Positions 39,901 to 49,905 of a stretch of DNA of 64,000 bases are shown piece by piece. The stretch spans positions 279,248,001 through 279,312,000 of the forward strand of contig OZ024740.1 of the NCBI GenBank assembly GCA_964016885.1. The letters are read 5' to 3'. The notes under the pieces are model-generated. The model was given only the letters and a program-made list of their open reading frames with translations, made no database searches and was not told the origin of the DNA. A program made the translations under genes and the position numbers. The DNA comes from Eledone cirrhosa. Taxonomy: Eukaryota. Each line of letters opens with the position of its first letter. Within the stretch, counting starts at the first letter, position 1.

Positions 39901-42900
39901 GTAAAAAAAAAATCAGGGGGAGATAATTTGTAAAAAAAATCAGGGGGAGATAATTTGTAAAAAAAAATCAGGGGTAGATAATTTGTAAAAAAAAATCAGG
40001 GGGAGATAATTTGTAAAAAAAAAATCAGGGGGAGATAATTTGTAAAAAAAATGAAAGGGGAGATAATATCCAGCCGTCCAAGGGGAGATAATTTCCAGCC
40101 GTCCAAGGGGAGATAATTTCCAGCCGTCCAAGGGGAGATAATTTCCATCCTTCCAAGGGGATATAATTTCCAGCCGTCCAAGGGGAGATAATTTCCCGCC
40201 AGCCAAGGGAAGATAATTTTTAAAAAAATCAGGCGGAAATTGTAAAAAAAATCAGGGGGGAGATAATTTGTAAAAAAATCAGGGGGAGATAATTTGTAAA
40301 AAATAATCAGGGGGAGATAATTTGTAAAAAAATTCAAGGGGAGATAATTTCCAGCCGTCCAAGGGGAGATAATTTCCCGCCAGCCAAGGGAAGATAATAT
40401 TTAAAAAAATTAGGCGGAGATAATTTGTAAAAAAATCAGGGGGAGATAATTTGTAAAAAAATCAGGGGGAGATAATTTGTAAAAAAAATCAGGGGGAGAT
40501 AATTTGTAAAAAAAATCATGGGGAGATAATTTGTAAAAAAAAATCAGGGGTAGATAATTTGTAAAAAAAAATCAGGGGGAGATAATTTGTAAAAAAAAAT
40601 CAGGGGGAGATAATTTGTAAAAAAAATCAAGGGGAGATAATATCCAGCCGTCCAAGGAGAGATAATTTTTAAAAAAAATGAGGCGGAGATAATTTGTAAA
40701 AAAAAAATCAGGGGGAGTTAATTTGTAAAAAAAAATGAGGGGGAGATAATTTGTAAAAAAAATAAAGGGGAGATAATTTCCAGCCGTCCAAGGGGAGATA
40801 ATTTTCAGCCGTCCAAGGAGAGGTAATTTCTAGCCGTCCAAGGGGAGATAATTTCCAGCCGTCCAAGGGGAGGTAATTTCCAGCCGTCCAAGGGGAGATA
40901 ATTTAAAAAAAAAAATCAGGCGGAGATAATTTGTAAAAAAAATCAAGGGGAGATAATTTGCAGCCGTCCAAGGGGAGATAATTTTCAGTCGTCCAAGGAG
41001 AGGTAATTTCTAGCCGTCCAAGGGGAGATAATTTCCAGCCGTCCAAGGGGAGATAATTTCCAGCCGTCCAAGGGGAGATAATTTTTTTTTAAAAATCAGG
41101 CGGAGATAATTTGTAAAAAAAATCAGGGGGAGATAATTTGTAAACAAAATCAGGGGGAGATAATTTGTAAAAAAAAATCAGGGGGAGATAATTTGTAAAA
41201 AAAATTAGGCGTAGATAATTTGTAAAAAAAAATCAGGGGGAGATAATTTGTAAAAAAAAATCAGGGGGAGATAATTTGTTTAAAAAATCAAGGGGAGATA
41301 ATTTGCAGCCGTCCAAGGGGAGATAATTTTCAGCCGTCCAAGGAGAGGTAATTTCTAGCCGTTCAAGGGGAGATAATTTCCAGCCGTCCAAGGGGAGATA
41401 ATTTCCAGCCGTCCAAGGGGAGATAATTTTTTTTAAAAAATCAGGCGGAGATAATTTGTAAAAAAAAATCAGGGGGAGATAATTCGTAAAAAAAAATCAG
41501 GGGGAGATAATTTGTAAAAAAAAATCAGGGGGAGATAATTTGTAAAAAAAATCAAGGGGAGATAATTTCCAGCCGTCCAAGGGGAGGTAATATCTAGCCG
41601 TCCAAGGGGAGATAATTTCCAGCCGTCCAAGGGGAGATAATTTCCAGCCGTCCAAGGGGAGATAATTTCCAGCCGTCCAAGGAGACATATTTTCCAGCCG
41701 TCCAAGGCGAGGTAATTTCTAGCCGTCCAAGGGGAGATAAATTCCAGCCTCCAAGGGGAGATAATTTCCAGCCAGCCAAGGGGAGATAATTTGTAAAAAA
41801 ATCAGGGGGAGATAATTTGTAAAAAATATCAGGGAGATAATTTGTAAAAAAAAATCAGGGGGAGATAATTTGTAAAAAAAATCAGGGGGAGATAATTTGT
41901 AAAAAAAAATCAGGGGGAGATAATTTGTAAAAAAATTCAAGGGGAGATAATTTCCAGCCGTCCAAGGGGAGATAATTTTCAGCCGTCCAAGGAGAGGTAA
42001 TTTCTAGCCGTCCGAGGAGAGATAATTTCCAGCCGTCCAAGGGGAGATAATTTCCAGCCGTCCAAGGGGAGATAATTTCCAGCCGTCCAAGGAGACATAT
42101 TTTCCAGCCGTCCAAGGAGAGGTAATTTCTAGCCGTCCAAGTGGAGATAAATTCCAGCCTCCAAGGGGAGATAATTTCCAGCCAGCCAAGGGGAGATAAT
42201 TTGTAAAAAAATCAGGGGGAGATAATTTGCAAAAAAAATCAGGGGGAGATAATTTGTAAAAAAAAATCAGGGGGAGATAATTTGTAAAAAATAATCAGGG
42301 GGAGATAATTTCCAGCCGTCCAAGGGAAGATAATATTTAAAAAAATTAGGCAGAGATAATTTGTAAAAAAAATCAGGGGGAGATAATTTGTAAAAAAAAT
42401 CAGGGGGAGATAATTTGTAAAAAAAAATCAGGGGTAGATAATTTGTAAAAAAAAATCAGGGGGAGATAATTTGTAAAAAAAAATCAGGGGGAGATAATTT
42501 GTAAAAAAAATCAAGGGGAGATAATTTCCAGCCGTCCAAGGAGAGATAATTTTAAAAAAAATCAGGCGGAGATAATTTGTAAAAAAAAATCAGGGGGAGA
42601 TAATTTGTAAAAAAAAATCAGGGGGAGATAATTTGTAAAAAAAATCAAGGGGAGATAATTTCCAGCCGTCCAAGGGGAGATAATTTTCAGCCGTCCAAGG
42701 GGAGATAATTTCCCGCCAGCCAAGGAAAGATAATATTTAAAAAAATCAGGCGGAGATAATTTGTAAAAAAAATCAGGGGGAGATAATTTGTAAAAAAATC
42801 AGAGGGAGATAATTTGTAAAAAAAAATCAGGGGGAGATAATTTGTAAAAAAAAATCAGGGGGAGATAATTTGTAAAAAAAATGAAAGGGGAGATAATATC

Positions 42901-45900
42901 CAGCCGTCCAAGGGGAGATAATTTCCAGCCGTCCAAGGGGAGATAATTTCCAGCCGTCCAAGGGGAGATAATTTCCATCCTTCCAAGGGGATATAATTTC
43001 CAGCCGTCCAATTGGAGATAATTTCCATCCTTCCAAGGGGATATAATTTCCAGCCGTCCAAGGGGAGATAATTTTCAGCCGTCCAAGGAGAGGTAATTTC
43101 TAGCCGTCCAAGGAGAGAGAATTTCCAGCCGTCCAAGGGGAGATAATTTCCAGCCGTCCAAGGGGAGATAATTTCCAGCCGTCCAAGGAGAGGTAATTCC
43201 TAGCCGTCCAAGGGGAGATAAATTCCAGCCTCCAAGGGGAGATAATTTCCAGCCAGCCAAGGGGAGATAATTTGTAAAAAAAATCAGGGGGAGATAATTT
43301 GTAAAAAAAATCAGGGGGAGATAATTTGTTAAAAAAAATCAGGGGGAGATAATTTGTAAAAAATAATCAGGGGGAGATAATTTGTAAAAAAAATCAAGGG
43401 GAGATAATTTCCAGCCGTCCAAGGGGAGATAATTTTCAGCCGTCCAAGGGGAGATAATTTCCCGCCAGCCAAGGGAAGATAATATTTAAAAAAATTAGGC
43501 GGAGATAATTTGTAAAAAAAATCAGGGGGAGATAATTTGTAAAAAAATCAGGGGGAGATAATTTGTAAAAAAAATCAGAGGGAGATAATTTGTAAAAAAA
43601 ATCAGGGGGAGATAATTTGTAAAAAAAAATCAGGGGTAGATAATTTGTAAAAAAAAATCAGGGGGAGATAATTTGTAAAAAAAATCAAGGGGAGATAATT
43701 TCCAGCCGTCCAAGGGAAGATAATTTCCAGCCCTCCAAGGGGCTATAATTTCCAGCGTCCAAGGGGAGATAATTTCCAGCCAGCGAAGGGGAGATAATTT
43801 TTTTTTCAAAATCATTGGGAGATTTGTAAAAAAAATCAGGGGGAGATAATTTGTAAAAAAAATCAAGGGGAGATAATTTCCAGCCGTCCAAGGGGAGATA
43901 ATTTCCCGCCAGCCAAGGGAAGATAATTTTTAAAAAAATCAGGCGGAGATTGTAAAAAAAATCAGGGGGGAGATAATTTGTAAAAAAATCAGGGGGAGAT
44001 AATTTGTAAAAAAAATCAGGGGGAGTTAATTTGTAAAAAAAACCATGGGGAGATAATTTGTAAAAAAAATCAGGGGTAGATAATTTGTAAAAAAAAATCA
44101 GGGGGAGATAATTTGTAAAAAAAAATCAGGGGGAGATAATTTGTAAAAAAAATCAAGGGGAGATAATTTCCAGCCGTCCAAGGGGAGATAATTTTCAGCC
44201 GTCCAAGGAGAGGTAATTTCTAGCCGTCCAAGGGGAGATAATTTCCAGCCGTCCAAGGGGAGGTAATTTCCAGCCGTCCAAGGGGAGATAATTTTTAAAA
44301 AAAAATCAGGCGGAGATAATTTGTAAAAAAAATCAAGGGGAGATAATTTGCAGCCGTCCAAGGGGAGATAATTTTCAGTCGTCCAAGGAGAGGTAATTTC
44401 TAGCCGTCCAAGGGGAGATAATTTCCAGCCGTCCAAGGGGAGATAATTTCCAGCCGTCCAAGGGGAGATAATTTTTTTTAAAAAATCAGGCGGAGATAAT
44501 TTGTAAAAAAAATCAGGGGGAGATAATTTGTAAACAAAATCAGAGGGAGATAATTTGTAAAAAAAAATCAGGGGGAGATAATTTGTAAAAAAAATCAAGG
44601 AGAGATAATTTCCAGCCGTCCAAGGGAAGATAATTTCCAGCCCTCCAAGGGGCTATAATTTCCAGTGTCCAAGGGGAGATAATTTCCAGCCAGCGAAGGG
44701 GAGATAATTTTTTTTAAAAAATCAAGGGGAGATTTGTAAAAAACATCAGGGGGAGATAATTTGTAAAAAATATCAAAGGGAGATAATTTCCAGCCGTCCA
44801 AAGAGAGATAATTTCTAGCCGTCCAAGGGGAGATAATTTCGAGCCAAGGGGAGATAATTTCCAGCCGTCCAAGGGGAGATAATTTTTTAAAAAATCAGGT
44901 GGAGATAATTTGTAAAAAAAATCAGGGGGAGATAATTAGTAAAAACAAAATCAAGGGCAGATAATTTCCAGCTGTCCAAGGGGAGATAATTTCCAGCCGT
45001 CCAAGGGGAGATAATTTCCAGCCGTCCAAGGGGAGATAATTTCCATCCTTCCAAGGGGATATAATTTCCAGCCGTCCAAGGGGAGATCATTTCCCGCCAG
45101 CCAAGGGAAGATGATTTTTAAAAACATCAGGCGGAGATTGTAAAAAAAATCAGGGGGGAGATAATTTGTAAAAAAATCAGGGAGATAATTTGTAAAAAAA
45201 AAATCAGGGGGAGATAATTTGTAAAAAAAAATCAGGGGGAGATAATTTGTAAAAAAAAATCAGGGGGAGATAATTTGTAAAAAAAATTAGGCGTAGATAA
45301 TTTGTAAAAAAAAATCAGGGGGAGATAATTTGTAAAAAAAAATCAGGGGGAGATAATTTGTTTAAAAAATCAATGGGAGATAATTTGCAGCCGTCCAAGG
45401 GGAGATAATTTTCAGCCGTCCAAGGAGAGGTAATTTCTAGCCGTTCAAGGGGAGATAATTTCCAGCCGTCCAAGGGGAGATAATTTCCAGCCGTCCAAGG
45501 GGAGATATTTTTTTTAAAAAATCAGGCGGAGATAATTTGTAAAAAAAAATCAGGGGGAGATAATTCGTAAAAAAAAATCAGGGGGAGATAATTTGTAAAA
45601 AAAAATCAGGGGGAGATAATTTGTAAAAAAAATCAAGGGGAGATAATTTCCAGCCGTCCAAGGGGAGGTAATATCTAGCCGTCCAAGGGGAGATAATTTC
45701 AAGCCGTCCAAGGGGAGATAATTTCCAGCCGTCCAAGGGGAGATAATTTTCAGCCGTCCAAGGAGAGGTAATTTCTAGCCGTCCGAGGAGAGATAATTTC
45801 CAGCCGTCCAAGGGGAGATAATTTCCAGCCGTCCAAGGGGAGATAATTTCCAGCCGTCCAAGGAGACATATTTTCCAGCCGTCCAAGGAGAGGTAATTTC

Positions 45901-47249
45901 TAGCCGTCCAAGGGGAGATAAATTCCAGCCTCCAAGGGGAGATAATTTCCAGCCAGCCAAGGGGAGATAATTTGTAAAAAAATCAGGGTGAGATAATTTG
46001 CAAAAAAAATCAGGGGGAGATAATTTGTAAAAAAAAATCAGGGGGAGATAATTTGTAAAAAATAATCAGGGGGAGATAATTTCCAGCCGTCCAAGGGGAG
46101 ATAATTTTCAGCCGTCCAAGGGGAGATAATTTCCCGCCAGCCAAGGGAAGATAATATTTAAAAAAATTAGGCGGAGATAATTTGTAAAAAAAATCAGGGG
46201 GAGATAATTTGTAAAAAAAATCAGGGGGAGATAATTTGTAAAAAAAAATCAGGGGTAGATAATTTGTAAAAAAAAATCAGGGGGAGATAATTTGTAAAAA
46301 AAAATCAGGGGGAGATAATTTGTAAAAAAAATCAAGGGGAGATAATTTCCAGCCGTCCAAGGAGAGATAATTTAAAAAAAAATCAGGCGGAGATAATTTG
46401 TAAAAAAAAATCAGGGGGAGATAATTTGTAAAAAAAAATCAGGGGGAGATAATTTATAAAAAAAATCAAGGGGAGATAATTTCCAGCCGTCCAAGGGGAG
46501 ATAATTTTCAGCCGTCCAAGGGGAGATAATTTCCCGCCAGCCAAGGGAAGATAATATTTAAAAAAATCAGGCGGAGATAATTTGTAAAAAAAAAATCAGG
46601 GGGAGATAATTTGTAAAAAAAATCAGGGGGAGATAATTTGTAAAAAAAATCAGGGGTAGATAATTTGTAAAAAAAAATCCGGGGGAGATAATTTGTAAAA
46701 AAAAATCAGGGGGAGATAATTTGTAAAAAAAATTAAAGGGGAGATAATATCCAGCCGTCCAAGGGGAGATAATTTCCAACCGTCCAAGGGGAGATAATTT
46801 CCAGCCGTCCAAGGGGAGATAATTTCCATCCTTCCAAGGGCATATAATTTCCAGCCGTCCAAGGGGAGATAATTTCCATCCTTCCAAGGGGATATAATTT
46901 CCAGCCGTCCAAGGGGAGATAATTTTCAGCCGTCCAAGGAGAGGTAATTTCTAGCCGTCCAAGGAGAGATAATTTCCAGCCGTCCAAGGGGAGATAATTT
47001 CCAGCCGTCCAAGGGGAGATAATTTCCAGCCGTCCAAGGAGACATATTTTCCAGCCGTCCAAGGAGAGGTAATTCCTAGCCGTCCAAGGGGAGATAAATT
47101 CCAGCCTCCAAGGGGAGATAATTTCCAGCCAGCCGAGGGGAGATAATTTGTAAAAAAATCAGGGGGAGATAATTTGTAAAAAAAATCAGGCGGAGATAAT
47201 TTGTAAAAAAAATCAGGGGGAGATAATTTGTAAAAAATAATCAGGGGGA

Positions 47250-48520
47250 GATAATTTGTAAAAAAAATCAAGGGGAGATAATTTTCAGCCGTCCAAGGGG
47301 AGATAATTTTCAGCCGTCCAAGGGGAGATAATTTCCCGCCAGCCAAGGGAAGATAATATTTAAAAAAATTAGGCGGAGATAATTTGTAAAAAAAATCAGC
47401 CGTCCAAGGAGAGGTGATTCCTAGCCGTCCAAGGGGAGATAAATTCCAGCCTCCAAGGGGAGATAATTTCCAGCCAGCCAAGGGGAGATAATTTGTAAAA
47501 AAAATCAGCGGGAGATAATTTGTAAAAAAAATCAGGGGGAGATAATTTGTAAAAAAAAATCAGGGGGAGATAATTTGTAAAAAATAATCAGGGGGAGATA
47601 ATTTGTAAAAAAATCAAGGGGAGATAATTTCCAGCCGTCCAAGGGGAGATAATTTTCAGCCGTCCAAGGGGAGATAATTTCCCGCCAGCCAAGGGAAAAT
47701 AATATTTAAAAAAATTAGGCGGAGATAATTTGTAAAAAAAATCAGGGGGAGATAATTTGTAAAAAAATCAGGGGGAGATAATTTGTAAAAAAAATCAGGG
47801 GGAGATAATTTGTAAAAAAAATCAGGGGGAGATAATTTGTAAAAAAAAATCAGGGGTAGATAATTTGTAAAAAAAAATCAGGGGGAGATAATTTGTAAAA
47901 AAAATCAAGGGGAGATAATTTTCAGCCGTCCAAGGGGAGATAATTTTCAGCCGTCCAAGGGGAGATAATTTCCCGCCAGCCAAGGGAAGATAATATTTAA
48001 AAAAATTAGGCGGAGATAATTTGTAAAAAAAATCAGCCGTCCAAGGAGAGGTGATTCCTAGCCGTCCAAGGGGAGATAAATTCCAGCCTCCAAGGGGAGA
48101 TAATTTCCAGCCAGCCAAGGGGAGATAATTTGTAAAAAAAATCAGGGGGAGATAATTTGTAAAAAAAATCAGGGGGAGATAATTTGTAAAAAAAATCAGG
48201 GGGAGATAATTTGTAAAAAATAATCAGGGGGAGATAATTTGTAAAAAAATCAAGGGGAGATAATTTCCAGCCGTCCAAGGGGAGATAATTTTCAGCCGTC
48301 CAAGGGGAGATAATTTCCCGCCAGCCAAGGGAAAATAATATTTAAAAAAATTAGGCGGAGATAATTTGTAAAAAAAATCAGGGGGAGATAATTTGTAAAA
48401 AAATCAGGGGGAGATAATTTGTAAAAAAAATCAGGGGGAGATAATTTGTAAAAAAAATCAGGGGGAGATAATTTGTAAAAAAAAATCAGGGGTAGATAAT
48501 TTGTAAAAAAAAATCAGGGG
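47250..48520. repeat. 637-bp tandem duplication at the right edge of satellite A
   Basis: Chimeric monomer AAAATCAGCCGTCCAAGGAGAGGTGATTCC with its TCAG at 47396 and 48033. GGGAAAATAAT variant at ~47693 and ~48329. ORFs start at 47481 and 48118 on the minus strand (offset 637). Confidence 0.88.
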
Positions 48521-48661
48521 GAGATAATTTGTAAAAAAAATCAAGGGGAGATAATTTCCAGCCGTCCAAGGGGAGGTAATATCTAGCCGTCCAAGGGGAG
48601 ATAATTTCCAGCCGTCCAAGGGGAGATAATTTCCAGCCGTCCAAGGGTAGATAATATCCAG

Positions 48662-48665
48662 CCGT
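48662..48665. other. Direct junction between satellite A and satellite B with (C)CGT microhomology
   Basis: ...GGGTAGATAATATCCAG[CCGT]AAGTCGAAACACT... CCGT continues as CCAAGG in monomer X and as AAGTCG in the satellite B variant ACACCCGTAAG. There is no intervening sequence. Confidence 0.92.
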
Positions 48666-49835
48666 AAGTCGAAACACTCGTAAGTCGAAACACCCGTAAG
48701 TCGAAACACCCGTAAGTCGAAACACTCGTATGTCGAATAACTCGTAAGCCGAAACACCGTAAGTCAAAACACTCGTAAGTCGAAACACTCGTAAGTCGAA
48801 ACACCCGTAAGCCGAAACACTCGTAGCCAAAACATTCGTAAGTCGAAACACTCGTAAGCCGAAACACTCGTAAGCCAAAACATTCGTAAGTCGAAACACT
48901 CGTAAGTCGAAACACCCATAGCCGAAACACTCGTAAGTCGGAACACACGTAAGTCAGAACACCCGTAAGTCAGAACACTCGTAAGTCAGAACACTCGTAA
49001 GTCAGAACACTCGTAAGTCAGAGCATTCGTATCGAAACACTCGTATGTCAAAACACCCATAAGTCAAAACACTCGTAAGTCGAAATACTCGTAAGTCGAA
49101 ACACTCGTAAGCCGAAACAATCGTAATTCAAAACACTCGTAAGTCGAAACACTCGTAAGCCAAAAATACTCGTACGTCGAAACACCCGTAAGCCGAAACA
49201 CTCGTAAGTCGGAACACTCGTAAGTCAAAACACTCGTAAGTCGAAACAGTCGTAAGTCGGAACACTCGTAAGTCAGAACACTCGTAAGTCAGAACACTCG
49301 TAAGTCAAAACACTCGTAAGTCGAAACACCCGTAAGTCGAAACGCCCGTAAGTCGAAACACTCATAAGCCGAAACACTCGTAAGCCGAAACACTCGTAAG
49401 TCGGAACACTCGTAAGTCGGAACACTTGTAAGTAAGAACACTCGTAAGTCAGAACACTCGTAAGTCAGAACACTCGTATCGAAACACTCGTATGTCAAAA
49501 CACCCGTAAGTCAAAACACTCGTATGTCGAAACACTCATAAGCCGAAACACCGTAAGTCAAAACACTCGTAAGTCAAAACACTCGTAAGTCGAAACACTC
49601 GTAAGTCGAAACACTCGTAAGCCGAAACACCCGTAAGTCAAAACATCCGTAAGTCAAAACATTCGTAAGTCGAAACACCCGTAGTCGAAACAGTCGCAAG
49701 TCGAAACACTCGTAAGTCGAAACACGCGTAAGTCGAAACACATGTAAGTCAAAATACTCGTAAGTCAAAACACTCGTAAGCCGAAACACTCGTAAGTCGA
49801 AACACTCGTAAGTCGAAACACTCGTAAAGCGAAAC

Positions 49836-49905
49836 GTATAAATAAAGATTAATGTAATGAATTTGAAAAGCATAGAGATTTGTAACCGCGTCTATTTGTT
49901 ATTTT
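49836..49905. repeat. 70-bp AT-rich interspersed segment in satellite B, copy 1
   Basis: GTATAAATAAAGATTAATGTAATGAATTTGAAAAGCATAGAGATTTGTAACCGCGTCTATTTGTTATTTT, ~76% AT, no 16-bp period, four near-identical copies in the window. Confidence 0.95.

Larger units (their letters stand above)
1..48665. repeat. Satellite A: composite tandem array of 25-bp monomer X (CCAGCCGTCCAAGGGGAGATAATTT) and ~26-30-bp monomer Y (GT[A]7-11TCAGGGGGAGATAATTT), in alternating runs; left end lies outside the window
   Basis: The core GGGGAGATAATTT or a close variant recurs every ~24-30 bp without interruption and in one orientation from base 1 to ~48660. Length divided by period gives roughly 1,800 monomers (estimate). 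Minus-strand ORFs repeat KLSPLGRLEIISPWTAGNYLPLDGW (25 aa = 3 x 25 nt) and FFYKLSPPD (9 aa = 27 nt), matching the monomer lengths. Confidence 0.98.

Noticed and set aside
480-48598. Many 60-204 aa minus-strand ORFs with LSPLGRLEIISPWTAGNYLPLDGWK / FFYKLSPPD repeats
   Set aside because: They are translations of the satellite monomers. The same peptide appears in overlapping frames, A-tract length changes shift frames freely, most starts are non-ATG, and I recognise no domain.
1-48665. CRISPR-like repeat/spacer look (constant core plus intervening sequence)
   Set aside because: The core is only ~13 bp, and the 'spacers' are 12-17 bp of just two recurring types rather than unique sequences. There is no leader and there are no cas genes.
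1-48665. G-quadruplex array from G4-G5 runs
   Set aside because: G-runs are separated by ~21-24 nt, far longer than canonical 1-7 nt loops, so stable intramolecular G4 is not supported.
48693-48705. Canonical CENP-B box on the minus strand (TTCGACTTACGGG)
   Set aside because: The spacing is TTCG-N5-CGGG versus the required TTCG-N7-CGGG (NTTCGNNNNANNCGGGN). It is kept only as an analogy in the findings.
48600-48720. Common ancestry of satellites A and B
   Set aside because: They share only 3-4 bp words (CCGT, GTAA, AGCCG). There are no intermediate monomers and no gradual transition.
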